NCBI GenBank assembly: GCA_951406725.2
Contig: OX597817.1
Location: 41,106,001 to 41,170,000, forward strand
Length of the DNA stretch: 64,000 nt
Reading direction: 5' to 3'
From: Octopus vulgaris
Taxonomy: Eukaryota
Shown: piece after piece, positions 25,701 to 41,200 of the stretch
Position numbering within the stretch: position 1 is the first letter of the stretch
Layout of the letters: every line of letters starts with the position of its first letter
Notes under the pieces: model-generated
What the model saw: the letters and a program-made list of their open reading frames with translations, nothing else
Told to the model about the DNA's origin: nothing
Database searches by the model: none
Program-made: the position numbers and the translations under genes

Positions 25701-28700
25701 TTTCAAGAAATTTTTCTCCTATTAACTCTTTGCCTGTCCAGAGTATTTTCATAGGCTTGTCATAAAAATCCATGCTCAGTTTCAGACTGTTAGTTAGTCC
25801 TTTATTCCTATGCTCTGAATAATATAAAGTTTTCATTTCATAAATCCGAAGTTACTCTGGTGGTGGTGAAAAAAAATCTGGAATGTGTATCATATATAAT
25901 GTATGGGTGCTAAGGAAATATGTCCTGTGTATCACAAAGGGTTAAAAATGACTAAGAAAGGTGTCTATAGAATTGTGGGTATTATATGCAGATTATGTAA
26001 TAACCAGAAAATAACTCACCTGGTGGATGTTTGGCACACTCGTGGTCTTACGCAGGGAACGGCCAGACGCTGATAATAGCTCTTTTACAGCAACTTCCTG
26101 GAAAGAGAAGAAAGAAAGAAATGTTAGATCAACATTAAAAAAAACAGTGAAAATGAATACTGTACATCTCAAAAGGTATTCCTGTTTAATATCTAGCCGC
26201 ACCAATGCAATTATCATATTCCTAAATGGTTGAAATGTGTTGACATGTGACAAGGAAAATGATATTATTATTATCATAGCAGGGCTGGATAGAGATTTTG
26301 GTGCCCCAATATATATGTAATTCAAAATGTAAACGATAATAAATATTTATTTTTCAAAATGAAACAAAGCTAACACTAAGATGGAAAATAATATTTATTT
26401 TTGTATACTTCCACTTTTATTTATATTTGAAAAATTTTCTTTTTTTTTTAATTGCAAAATCTTTGATCAGATCCTCACTATGACACCATGAGGACTTTGA
26501 GATTATATTTCTGACCAAATAAACTGCTTTGAATATCATTTTAGCAAGTTTAAAGTGATTTCTTTTGTGTTGTAAACCATTTACCATTTCTGTGGTCCTC
26601 CCACTCCTCAGCTTCCCTTCATGCCCTAAGCACATACTTAGTTTGCTTAATGGTTAATCCAACACTGATGAATAGTTCCATCCTTATGTTTTCCTGAAGA
26701 CATCATCCTATAGGAGGTCAAGCAATAAATAATCAACTTCACTAATTTAAACCAACAAAGGAACCCCAACAAACCATCAAGAGAGAAGATTTAATTACTT
26801 GATCAGCAGCAAATAACACTTGATGGTCTTACAAGGACACGTGGGATAATGTATGTCCAGAGACATTACGTTTGAAAATAAGATAGGATGGCCACAGATG
26901 GAATGTTCACTTGGACTATGCAATCAGGGCTAACACATGTAAGCACTGAAGGAAATATTTAAATATGGACAGTCTTGTGATTAAGAAGTTTGTTTTATAA
27001 ACTACATAGTTCCAGGTTCCATCCTACGGCATGGCACAATGAGAAGTGTTCTCTACCACTGCCTCAAGCTGAACAATGCCTTAGCATGTGGAATTTAATA
27101 TATACACACATATGTATGTATGCATGAGTGTGTGTGTGAGTTTGTGCCTTCTGATCTTGACATCATATGAAGCTGTAAACCAGTGTTTCTCAACCGTTTT
27201 ACCCTTGCATAACCCTTAAATTACATGTCTCAAGGAACCCCTGCACAAAAAAACAAAACAAAAAAAACAGAACATTAATTTAAATGTGAAACCTCAACGA
27301 CTTTATAATGGTAGTTCAATGTCTCACCTGTCGCAATCTATCCAGTGTGAGAATACTTTCCACAGCAGACACACCTTTGATGTATTTTTCGATATATGTT
27401 TCTCCATCAGCAGCATTGGTTTCATTTTGAGATGCTGCCATCTGAGCAAGAGTTTCCATGTTCTCTAGATCTTCAGATGCCTGATATTGATATGAAAGGG
27501 AGAAAGAAAGTTAAAAAAAGAAATAATAATAAAAAAAAAAAAATTAGTTGTAATCAAAATGAGAACACAAATTACTTAATAAATCAATTATGAAATATAA
27601 TTTCCATTTGGGAGTTTCCATTTATCATCTAATCATAAGAAAAAAAATTATTCGTAATTGTTTTCTACATTTAGATAATTGCAGACTAATTGGTCAGACA
27701 GGAAAGTCTGGATGTAAAAGAAAACAATTTTAGAATTATTTAATTTTACAACTGTATGCATAAAAAATGAGCAACAAAATATTTCATTATCTGAAGTCAT
27801 TGAAATAATGTTTGCTAAATGAAAAATCATATCTTAGAAATCATTGCACTATAAGTCACCCTACAACAAAGAATATATATCTTGTTACGATCAAAAACAA
27901 AATAACAACAGCAAAAAAATTATAAAAGTCAGAAAAATGGTATGTGTGATAAAGGAGTTCAATCCCATTGCACAGCACCTCAAGCAAGTGCTTTCTGGCT
28001 TTGTCTTGAGTTGACTAATATGTATGAATTGAATTTGATAGATGGAGACTGTGTGGTTAAGAAGTCTGCTTCCCTATCAACTGGTTCTGGGTTCAGTCCC
28101 ACTGTGTGACATTTTGGGCAAGTATCTTCAACTATAGCATCAAATCAACCAAAGCCATGTGAGTAGATTTTGTAGATGGAAACTGAAAGAAGCCTGTATG
28201 TGTGTGTCTCTCTCTATATATATGTATATCATATGTATGTGTGAGTGTTTATTTGTGTCTAGATAGCATGTGTTGTTTGTGAATGAGCATCATCATCATA
28301 CAAGCAAGGTTGTTTGCTTCCAGTCATTTATGAGACACATGCCTGGCCGTGGGGAAATACTACCTTGCTTGGAAACAGGTGTAGGTTGGCAGCAGGGAGA
28401 GCATCCAACTGTAGAAAATCTGCCTTAACAAATTCTCTCCGACCATACAAACATGGAAAAGTGGACATGATGATGATGATATATATAAGATGGGCACTGG
28501 TTTTAGAGTGTAAGGGTCCAATAGTACAATGGGAAAAAAATTTCAGTTCTTAGGTTTCTATGTCAAGAGATGCTAATCCAGCAAGGGATTTGCATAGTAG
28601 ACCACAACTTGAGATTGTCAGGCATTGTGACTAACATAAACAAGTGGAATAGTGAGATGTTACAACAAAACTATACTGAATTGTTATAACTCCTCACAGA

Positions 28701-29248
28701 AATGATTTGGTTAAAGTGATGAAGGCTTGTGCAGCTGAACTTTTTGGAGAAGCCAATAGCAGAAAAATAGTGCACAGTGTACCAAATATTTTCTGAACAG
28801 CATTAATTGGGTTTAATATTAGAGTATCCTTCTCTTAGAGACATGCTTTAAAGATAACTAAGGGGTGCTTCATTCTGAGCAGTCTCACAGTATGCTGGAA
28901 ACCACACTGGAGTTTTTAAGTCCTTATGATCTCTCTTTATATATATTTATATGTATATATATATATATATATACACATATATGTTCTGTTAATGGCTAGG
29001 CGTTCAGGCGAGTATACTGGCATTGATGTGGCAACATTTGAAATAATGTCTAGGTAAATGCAGCTGATCAAGTCTGATCAAATTTACGTTGTCAAACGTA
29101 TTTGAAGAGTCAGAAACTGGTCCTGCATTATCCAATTCTGGGTTGTCCATTTATCGAATGTTCTTCCAAGAGGTAAGACAAATTTTTCATGTTTGTTGCA
29201 CACACACGTCTTTGCTAGTATATATGCAGTGAAGCTTTACAATAGTGT

Positions 29249-29283
<35 letters not shown>

Positions 29284-32200
29284 GCGTGTGTGTGTGTATA
29301 TATATATATATATATCTTTAGCAAGGAAACTGATAAATTGGTGCTATTTGAACAAAGTCCTATGTAGTATTTGTTCATGCACAACGTCACAGAAACTCCC
29401 TTGTCACTCTCACCATCAGAAATATAATGAAGTTATGCACTGGGGTCGATGTAATCGACTTAATCCCTCTGTCTGTCCTTGTTTGTCCCCTCAATGTTTA
29501 GCCCCATGTGAGAAATAAGAAATCTAATGAAGTAAACTGATTGGTCCACAGGGAATCTGTAACCAGTGACGCCATTGTTTTTAAAAATGTGACACAAAAA
29601 TAAAATAAAATAAAATACAACATAATATGCTGCTAAACTTGAATCAACTTACTTTTGGGATATTAGACACAACTTCATAAGTCACACCACTGCCTAAGAA
29701 TAAATCCTGAAAAAAAAATTAACAGAATCTGGTTAGCAGAATGTTAGCAATAAATTACATATATAAAGTTGTGTCTGGGGAGAGTCATTTTCTTTTTGTG
29801 CCTTATAATGTATCACACTCACCAGTAAAATTTCCACTTATTTTTATTTTCCTAAAATTTTCGTTTCAATAGTCTTGACTATTGAAAAGGTTGCAAGATG
29901 CAACAAAAAATTTTAGGAAAATAAAAATAAGAATTAAGTGGAAATTTTACTGGTGAATGTGTTACATTATAAGGCACAAAGAAGAAAATGACTCTCCCCA
30001 GACACAACAGAATATGCTTCAACACACAAACTCATATAAAGAATCTTGCAAACCAAATCCAAAGAGATACATATATAAAGCTATTGTTATACTTGCTTAA
30101 CTAACATTAATAATCTATAATTTTATGTTTTCCATCTCTGGGTGTTAAGATTTTTGATACCATATTTCTGCTGAAATACACTGCCTTTGTTTCAATAAAT
30201 TTTCAAAATAATGAAGAATTTAGTAAAAAAAACAGTCATTATTAATCTGGTGTGAAGAACATAAATTAACATGAAATTTTGGTAGTTTAATCTATTTCAG
30301 CCCTTTAGCATTCATATTATTCGGTCAAAAGAAATGCGTATTTATTCACATTGTTTTTAAATTAATCATGCATTATCTTGCAGCTTTGAGATTTTGATGA
30401 GGTAACTGTTCATTTTCAGAATGACATTGTGGTGTAGGTGTAAGAGACAAGATCTGGCCAGTTTGAGTATAAAACAGGTAAAATATTTTGGTCGGATATG
30501 GGCAGTTTATGTGGAGGCGCGTGGCTTACTGGTTAGGGTGGCAGCATCATGATCGCAAGATCGTGGTTTCAATTCCTGGATCAGGTGACGCATTGTGTTC
30601 TTGAGCAAAACACTTCATTTCACGTTGCTCCAGCCCACTCAGATGGCAAAAATGAGTAACGCTGCGATGGGCTGGCGTCCCGTGCAACTGGGGAACACGT
30701 ACGCCATTGAAACCAGGAAACTGGGCCATGAGCCTGGCTAGGCTTTAAAAGGGTACATTTATTTATTTTTATGGCCAGTTTAAGTGGTAAAGGGTTAAAA
30801 CAGGAAGTATTATAGAACCAAAGGCACTCTCAAGCAGGTTAGGTACCAAAAGGGTTAAATAATCAAGATTTCATTCATACATATAGTATGTGTGTCTTCA
30901 TTGATGTGTATTATTGGCTGGTAAACTGTTGCTACTCAAGTAAAGTCCTTAGTGGTGTTTGTTCCTGCACAGTTACAAATCCTTTCTTACTCTGATTCAT
31001 ACATAAATTTCAGTTTTAATTGACAGGCAATGGGAAAAATGAAAAATGAAGATAAGAAACTGGACAAAAATGTAGATGTGAAGGTCTTGAAAGAGTGCCT
31101 GGACAACTTTTATCTGATGTATCAGATGAACCCACATTGTGGAAGGAGGCACAAAGAAGAGTAGTTCCGTCCAACTTGTTACTTCACCAGAAACAGTAAA
31201 GAAAAGAAATGCAACACTTAAATGTGGTGCTCCAGTGTGGCTTCAACCAGTAAAAGATAAAGGTAGTGGAGACCTATATCAGGTAGACTAGAAGACAGGT
31301 ATACCTAGCCAAGGGAGAAGCAGAAGGGAGGAAGTTTGCCAACATTTTGCAATGTGAGGGCCAGAGGCTTGAAGGATTTCAGATTGCAAGACAGTGTGTC
31401 AGAAAAAATTGTGATGTGGAGAGAAATGAGTTAGCATTGATGATGGCTCACTTCTTGCTACCTCTGTTAGTAACAAAGGACCTCACCTGCAGAGTGAAAG
31501 GCAGGTTGTATGATGCATGTGTACGAACAGTTACGCTATGTGGCAGTGAGACATGGGTTGTGACTACTGAGGATATGAGAAAGCTTAAAAGAAATGAAAC
31601 CAGTATACTCTGCTGGTTGGGTAATACCAGTGTGCATATACAACAGAGTGTAAGTGATTTGAGAGAAAAACTGAGTATATGAGGCATCAGATGTAGTGTG
31701 CAAGAGAGAAGACTGCACTGGTATGGCCACTGGTATGGAGACAGTTGCATCAAGAGGTGCTGATCTCCAATTGTAAAGGGAACATGTGGAAGGGGTAGAC
31801 CCAGAAAATGTAGGATGAAGTGGTGAGAAAGGACTTACAGGAGGGGATGACAGGGGACCAAGACTCCTGACGGTTTGATGTGCTTGAAAAGACACATCAA
31901 GCTAATTAAAAGTGTGGTTGTCCTTGCATACAAGCTGTCCCCTTCAACTCTCTCCAGCTGAGCATTGTGCGTGCTCATGTCATGTAAAATGCACCTGTAC
32001 CAGTGTCACATAAATTCACTTGTGCTGGTACTGCATAAATGCACCCAGTGCATTCTGTAAAGCAGTTGGCATTAGGAAGGGCATCCAGCCATAGAAACCA
32101 TGCCAAAACAGACATGGAGCCTGGGAAGCTATCCAGCTGGTCAGCTCTAGTTAAACCGTCCAACCCCTACCAGCATGGAAAACGGATGTTAAATGATGAT

Positions 32201-32596
32201 GATGATGATATGGTGAAAGTGAACTTGTGATCAAATAAAAGCATTTCCTAAACTCAGTAAGCTTATACAAACATTCTGAGAATCCAAAAAGTACCTGTGT
32301 GTGAATTAGTTTTGAGTGTATAAAGTGTTGCACAGCATTGAACCCACCGAGAAGACAACATATGTGTGGACTGGGGTGGGCAGTGAGAGGGAGGGGTGAC
32401 ATGTGTTGGAGAGCAACTTCATATCACACAGCTAGGAGACCCTTATTTTTGGCGAGGACAGTCTAGAATGTTCTCTCTGTGTAGTATCACCACCATTCCA
32501 GATGTGGGAGCAATGCTCCAATGTGGGTTCACACTATCCTTGAAATAGTGAAATGCTATAAAACTTAATTCAAAATGGCATTTCAATCGAAGTCGC

Positions 32597-32629
<33 letters not shown>

Positions 32630-34164
32630 TTAATGTCTGTTTGCAATGCTGGTATGGGTTGGATAGCTTGACAGGTGCTGAGAATTCCAGAATTCACTCT
32701 AGGTTCCATTGGTTTAGCATGGTTTCTATGGCTGGATGCTCTTCCTAATGCCAACCACTTTACAAAGTGCACTGGGTATTGGGTGTTTTTTACATGACAC
32801 CAGCACCAATACTTTTTCTGCGGCACAGTGTAGCATCTTATCTATGGACACAGAGTTTTTTTTTTTTATCTAATACTTCCAGAAACAAAAATGTAGAAAA
32901 CAACTGGCATCACCAGAACTTAGCAGAAATATTATTTGTTGCCATTTGAGATTTATTGAAATTCTAATGTAAAAAAAAAAAAAAAAAAGTCTGCTTAGAT
33001 TATTTTTTTTCTGGAATAAAGAAATAAAGAAAGAACGGGAACGCATGAAGGAAGCATATCAGTCAATGTTGCTAAGAGATTTACTAGCTTCAGGTGACAA
33101 TAATATTTACTGCATAGAGTTACAGAAAGAAATTATAGCAATATTCCCGGAAGACAAGCAACTAGAAGAGAATAGAAAGAGACACAAACCAACTTCCTAA
33201 ATGTCACTTAAGCTATTGTAGCAGAACCAGACAAAGACAAAGGAAAAAGAGGTGGAATGGAATGGAATAGAATGGAACGGAATGGGTGGTGTTGGGTGGA
33301 GGAAGTTGATGAAAATGTTTTAAAAATAACCAGAATGAAATGGTAGAAGAGAAGCAAGGAGAAGAGAAGAAAATGCAATGTCATAAAATATGATTTATCA
33401 AAGAAAGGGAAAAGATATAAGGAAATGGACAGAATCTTAGAAGAAAGATGCCGATAAAACAAATAATCAAATCATTCTATGGATAGCTAGATGTAAATAA
33501 TGAAACGAAAAATAAAAATATAAAAATGTAAGAAAGATGAAATCTTAGATGATGTAAAGAAAAAGTAAAAATAAAAATAATAACAAAAAGTAAGAAAAGA
33601 AATGAAATCCAATCAAATCAAGATATGGTTACTGTAACAAGTAAACAGGAAGTGATCCACTGGATAAAAGATAAATGAAAGTAATAATAATAATAATAAT
33701 AATAATAATGATAATAATAATAATAATAAGGAAATAAAAGAATTAACATGGAGATTCAAAGGCAGCAGCAATGAATTCAATTTTCCAGAGTTGGGTTAAT
33801 TTGTTTGGTAGCCAAAAGAAGGAACAGAAGAAGAAAGGAGCGTTGAAAGAAGTGAAAAGGGAGGAGAGGAGGAGGAGGAGAGAGAGAGAGAGAGAGAGAG
33901 AGGGAGAAAGAAAGAAAAAAAGGAAAGAAGATTGAAAGAAACAAGGAAAATTTGAAGGGAATAGAAAATGGAAGGGAAATGTGTTTAAGAGACAAAGAGG
34001 GGTGTGTGTATGTATGTGTGTGTGTGTGTGTGTTTGCTTGCATGTGTTTGTGTGCATGTTTGCATAAGTGTGTGTGTTTATATTTACATATATTTTCTCC
34101 CATGCATGCTTATGTGTATGAGTGTGTATATGTGCATGTGTGTGTATGCATGTGTATGTATGTA

Positions 34165-34213
<49 letters not shown>

Positions 34214-34377
34214 GTTAAACAATGATGATGATGATATATATATATGGAAGAGAAGGAAATACATAGATTAACAGTGTGAGATACATAAATCAATAAATAT
34301 ATTGAGATAGAGGAAAAGAGAACATTTTCAAAGTTTTCTATGTAAAAGAAGAAAAACATATGAAATGAATAAATGAA

Positions 34378-34422
<45 letters not shown>

Positions 34423-35225
34423 GAAAATGAAACCCAGCAAAATGAAATTTAGTTCAAAGACCATTCATGATAAGCAACTGATGGTGAAATTTGTTATTGA
34501 CAAAGGAAGGTGAACGTTTCAAAACTGAACTGAATATACACAATTTTTAAAAATATTTCTTCAAAAAACACTTTACAGACACACACACACGGATAGATGT
34601 ATAGATAAACTGTTAAGGTCATCATTTGGAATTGAGGGTAACTTGGGGTTAGCTTAGGGTAGTATGAACCATGCTTTTGTGAATTGTTTCGGGCACCTTT
34701 GTAGTCACAAGTAGACACAAACACCTTCTAAGTACTCTGACTCTTGACTCAGCAAAACACCTACAGGTGCAGGTGTGGCAAGAAGCTTGCTTCCTAACCA
34801 CGTGGTCCTGGGTTCAGTCTCACTGTGTGGCACCTTGAACAAATATCTTCTTCTGTAGCCTCGGGTTGACCAAAGCCTTGTGAGTGGATTTAGTAGATGG
34901 AAACTGAAAGAAGCTTATTGTTTATATGTGTGTGTGTGTGTGTGTGGAGGCACATGGCCTAGTGGTTAGAGCAGCGGACCAGCGGTCGGGGATCGCAGGT
35001 TTGAATCTCAAACTGGGTGATGTGTGTGTTTATGAGCGAAACACCTAGGCACCACGCAGCTCGCCACAACTTTCTCTCACTCTTTCCTCCTGCATCTTGC
35101 AGCTCACTTGCGATGGACCAGTGTCCTGTCCAGGTGGGGAACCTATATGCCAAGGAAACCAGGGAAACCGGCTCTTATGAACCAGGCATGGCTCGAGAAA
35201 GAACAAACAAACACACACATACACA

Positions 35226-35260
<35 letters not shown>

Positions 35261-38200
35261 ATGTTTTTGTAGCTGTGCTTGTTCCCAAAAACTGCTTGAC
35301 AACCAGTGCTGGTTTATTTATGCCCCTGTAACTTAGCAGTTTGGCAAAAGGGGCCGATAGAATAAGTACCGGGCTTAAAAAAAAAAATAAGTGCCAGGGT
35401 GAATTCCTTCGATTGGAAATTCTTCAAGGCAGTGCCCTAGCATGGCCTCACTCTAATGACTGAAACAAGTAAAAGATAAAAGATACAACAGTTACGAGAA
35501 GAGAAGTAAAGAAAGGAAATGTGTGTGACTATATGAAAACAAAATTAACTGAGAAAAAAAGTAGATATACAATGTGTGTGTGTGTGTGTGTGTTTTTGTG
35601 TAAAGTAAACAGTAATTACATTCCCAGATCATGGTATTACTCAATCAGCCTGTCATCGGTCAACTGTATACATCAGAGGATTGGACAGAAAAAAACCATT
35701 TACCTTATACATATCAGACTCTACATCTGTAATCACACTTTGTACCAAAAATAAATAAAAATCATATAAATATATATACATACATACACATAGAGAGACA
35801 CATATGTAAATAAACACAAATATACATATAGATATATGTGCATCACACATACACACATACAAATACACACACACTGATTCATATATATATATATGTATAT
35901 ATACAGGGTGTTCATAAATTATCTTTACAACTCCCACAATTTATTGTATGTATTAAAGTTGAGATTTATCAATCAACATCTTTGCAACCAATGAAACCCA
36001 CATGGAAGTGTTCTAGTTTCATTTGTTTTCTAATAAATTCTGCTGAATTATCCTTATTTTCCTATTTTTTTCTGATTTGTAAAGGTAATATATGGACACC
36101 CTGTATATAGACTAGAAGAGACAAAATATCAGAAGAGAAGTCGTACAGATCTTGTGATCCTTTTCTTAAGCTTGTCTGTGATACTTGTTAGTCCTTGTTT
36201 CTTGTATATGTTAATGCAAAGTCTTTTGCGCAAAACCAGCTCCATTGAAGCTGGGTGACTTAGTCTGACAATTGCTTTCAAAATTAAGTAGACACGCTCA
36301 TTTGAAGGTGTCACTCTGTTTAAATATTGCGAATCGTGGATGGAGGAATCCCAAGATGCAATTGCACAAATCTGAATTTAAAAAGAAAAAGAAGAAATCA
36401 TTGAAGGTACAAGAAGAAATCAAAAACGAAATGAATGAAGCTGCAGATGAATAAAATCGTAGTACAAAACTGTTTTATAAAAGGCAGTACAAGCCCGAAC
36501 CTTATTTTCTAAAAAAAAAAAAAATATTACACTTAATTCTGTTTTATATATAAGAAAAATATTAACCTACATACAAATATCCTAAGTATAAAAAAAAAGG
36601 TACCGATGGATGAAATCAGAGTGCAAAATTGTTTATTAGATTTAGCAAAGGGTAGTACAAGGCAGGTGCTGAAAAATTCTTGGCTTTAAGGGTATTGTAA
36701 AAGGTCTGGTTGGTGGCCCAACCTTCAGAGTTCTGTAACAGGGCATAGAAAAAAATGAAGGACTGCTGCAATGAGTGTATGAATCTGAGGGGAATATGTT
36801 GAATGAAATCACAATTAATTGATCCTCCCGTATTTTCTTTTATCCAAAGCCAGGAACTTTTCAACAGCCCCTTGTACAAGCCTAAACTTTATTTTACCTT
36901 ATATAACACCTTAAATCAAAAGTATTTTCTTACAATATTATAAATTATAAAAATGTTGTCCTCACTCCCTTGCTCACAATCAGACCAGTGGCTGAAAAAT
37001 GTTTCATTCACTAGTTAATAAAATTAACTTTCAGGCAATTCTGTGTGCATACTCTACACGTCCTCACATACATTGTCTGTTTCTTTCTCTCACACGTACA
37101 CATTTTTGTATACATAAGAGATTTCCTACACTCTATCAAAACTTACTGACACTATAAGATTGGGAATGTATTAGAAATTCAGGGATTGCCAAACTAAAAC
37201 CAAGAAAACAGTCTCTATTCTTGACATATGTTAATACATTTTTGTTCAATCTCAAGATTTAATTAATTTTATTCAACAAAGTAAAATCTTATTTATATGA
37301 TGGCGAATTTATTCTTACTTGGTCATTAATTAAATTCAAATTATTTCACGATATTTACTGCTGGGAATCTTCTTAATCTCCTGATATGAATATTATTATT
37401 TAAATTTAAAGTACAATCACAACCTTCGATCTAGATTTAACTACGCTTCTTATTTCTTTACTGCCCACAAGGGGCTACATACAGAGGGGACAAACAAGGA
37501 CAGACAAATGCATTAAGTCGATTATGTCAACCCCAGTGCGTAACTGGTACTTATTTAATCGACCCCGAAAGAATGAAAAGCAAAGTTGACCTCGGCAGAA
37601 TTTGAACTCAGAAGGTAACGGCAGACGAAATACCTGTTTCTTTACTACCCACAAGGGGCTAAACACAGAGAGGACAAACAAGGACAGTCAAATGGATTAA
37701 GTCAGTTATATCGACCCCAGTACATAACTGGTACTTATTTAATCAACCCTAAAAGGATGAAAGGCAAAGTCAACCTCGGTGGAATTTGAACTCAGACGAA
37801 ATACCGCTAAGCATTTTGCCCGGCGTGCTAACATTTTTGCCAGCTTGCTGCCTTAAACTACTCTTCTATTTTCAAACAGTATCATACACTGATATTGGAT
37901 GGACAATATTTCTGCTATATCATACAATTAACAGATCAATTATATTGAAACATAAGAATTTCAATTGTATTGTGTAATTTTGTTTTTCTCTTTTTATATA
38001 GCAGTGTTCCTGTGGCTGGATGCTCCACTTCTTTCAAACCATGATGACTGAAAAGAGTGGATATGTTCACCATGTCACCAATGCATGTATGGATAGTATA
38101 AAGAAGATACAGTGCTACTATTGCATAAAAATGCAAACAAGTAGGAGAAAAGCACCTCAAATACATGTAGACCATGGAAGTTTTGGAAAATAATAATTTC

Positions 38201-41200
38201 ATTGCACATGAAATTATTGTGCTTTACAGAGGTGAAGGAAAAGGTTTAAAACATAATGTAAGTTATATTGCAGATCTATCAAACCTATGCCAGCAAGGTA
38301 AAAAAGAATGAAAGAGAAAAAATATTATGATGCAATAATCTGCCATGAAGTTTTAAAGCAATATATAAAAGCTGTTCCAATAATTGACACATATTAGATG
38401 TGTCCTGTTCTTTTTCCCATTAAACTTATTTGCCCATTTGCTTTTATTTCACTAATGTCTCAAACACATAAATCTTTTTTATTCGTTAATAGCATTAAGT
38501 ATAAAATACTCACATCTTTTTCTCCATATGTCTTAATGATTGGTAAACTGTAAAATTTCGCCCCATGTTCTTTGGGGAGAATGGAGTTGATTCCAGCAGC
38601 TTGTAAGCCTTCCTTGGCACTAGGTGTGCTCATATCATCAGCTGGAATTACAGAAAAAAATACCATTACAGAATTAATGAGACAAATGAGATAAACAAGC
38701 GTTTTAACACCACATCAACTAGATTAATTGACAGTGATCTCAGAAATATGCCAACATATGTCCAAAATTGATTTATTCAATGTGATTATTTGCTGAATAT
38801 TCAACACATACAAAACACACATAACCCTGTTTCTTGTCATCATAACTATTAATAAGATATCATATTATGTTGGTGATGTATAAAGATTCTTCACTGAAAA
38901 ATAATGAGATCAACTGAGCGAACCCAACACAGGAAAGTAAAAGAAAAAAAAAGGAAAATGTAATCCATAAGCAATAAGTCTTTGTAGTTGAAATTAAAAA
39001 CACCCCCACACTTCAAAAGTAAAAAAGAAAAGTAAAATTAATTGACACAGTAGGAGGTTTCTATGGCACTTTAAACTCCAACTCCTTAATAGACTCAAAC
39101 TGCAAATCAATGAATTTGTAGCACAGCTGCAATCAAAGCCAATTTTATTTCCAATTTTAAACTGATTTCTTCACTTAGGGCTCTGCTGAGATAACTAAAA
39201 TATGGAAGCTTAAAATATATATATATAAAATAGAGGAATAAAAAAAATTTAAATTAAGCAAACTAGCTAATGGCGCTTTCTAATGTATTAAATTGTAACA
39301 AAAACTATTAGCTCATGTCATTTTTGATGTTCATGATGTATTGAACATTATAATATTGGAATATATTTATAACCCAAACATCAGGTCATGGGTTTTCTAA
39401 CAACATTCACTCATATATATAATATTTCAAAGAAATATATAATTCCATTGCATAGCACTATGGGCTAGTTTCTTCTACTACAGAGCTGGGCCAACCAATG
39501 CTTTGTAAATGATCAATTTGATAGACAGAATGGAAACTATACATATATGAATATATGAGGGAGTACTGAAAAGTTTCTGCCTTTAAGGGTATCATGAAAG
39601 ACCTGCTTGGAGGCCCAATCTTCCAAGTTCTTTTACAGGGCTTAGTAAAATTGAAGGACTGCTGCAATAAGTGTATGAAACTGAGAGAAGAATATGTTGA
39701 ATAAAATCATAATAAACTGATCCTTCTGTGTTTTCTTTTACCCAAAACCAGGAACTTTCCAGCACCCTTCATATACACACATACACATCATCATCATTTA
39801 ATGTCCGCTTTCCATACTGGCATGAGTTAGATGGAAAACACACACACATATATATAAAACAACAGAATTTGTTCATAAAAAATATTTTATTGCACTGTGT
39901 TGTCATCCATTTCATGAACAAAGAATGATCATTAATTGTATAGTGTAAATTGTATAATCCAACTGCACTATCAAATCTTCAGAGATCTGTAACTTTGAAT
40001 TGTCATTTTATGTATACATAGTGGATTAGTGATAGTGTTGCATCACTGGTACCACAATAATGTTTTCTTTCAGAGATGGAGTACACATGCAGGTCTAAAT
40101 AATGGTTATTTGGTATGCAATTTAAATTGCACTATACACACATATTACACACACATGTAATCCATGTACATGTGTGTATACTCATGTGAATATTGCCAAC
40201 CTGTGGTTTCACTTGTTTCTGCCTGAATGAAACAGTGATATGTTTACATTCCTTTCTGACATTACAACTGGTCACTCTGTACTTTGAAAGAACAGAGGAA
40301 TAGAAAATTCCCTTACTTGAAAAACAGTTAAAAGTTGACAACAGGAAGAATATCAGACTATAAAATTCTGCCCCAAATAAGTTCTTTTCTAATCCATGCT
40401 AACATGAAAAAAGTAGACAAAAAGACAAACAAATAAACGAATGAGTAACAAGTATTTTTTTATTTCTAAATACTTACCATTCAGATCGAGGAATAATACA
40501 GGTACGTGCTGCTCCATGTCCGGAAGAGTTTCACTGACACAAAAAAGAAAAGAACATAGAAAAATTTTAAATTGTATTTCAATTTAAAAGTTTCCATTAG
40601 CACATATGCAAATAACAATGGGAAAAAAGCTTACAAGGGATATACTTGGCTAACAATTGACCTGTTAGAAATAGCAGCCAAATTTCCTTCAAATCACATC
40701 CTACAATTTTCAGTAAAGGATGCATTGGGCAAGGTAGTCCCTGACATAAAAAAAAAGTCATAGCTGGAATGTTTTGATCCCAGGTTTGATCAAACAGGTT
40801 GATCTGAGGTTAAACAATACACCAATTTAATTTTGCTCAAACATTTTGAGAATATGAAATTTCATCAGGGACATTGAATAAAATTCATGTAATATTGTCG
40901 AAATATTTATTTATGAATTTATATGTACAGTGTTTAAACCAGTCAACCACAAGTGTTTGTTGCTCCTATTAGGAAGTGAAATTCAAAAGCTTATTAGGAT
41001 ACAACTATACAGCTTCTAAATAACAACCATAAATTACAACTGGGTTATTTAAGTATGAATAAACACATAATGATTTAAGTACCAATGAAATTGTCAATCA
41101 AATGTCATTTAAAAGTGTGGACTAATATATGAAGATGAATTGAAATACTCAATAGCAAATTCAAGACCAGTCAAAAAATACTGTAGTGTAAACTATAGTG

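Noticed and set aside
33200-33960. Long purine-rich stretch as a coding or regulatory element
   Set aside because: Low-complexity (GGAAT, GAA, GA) sequence. No in-frame exon was found, and the flanking KIF13 exons join without it.
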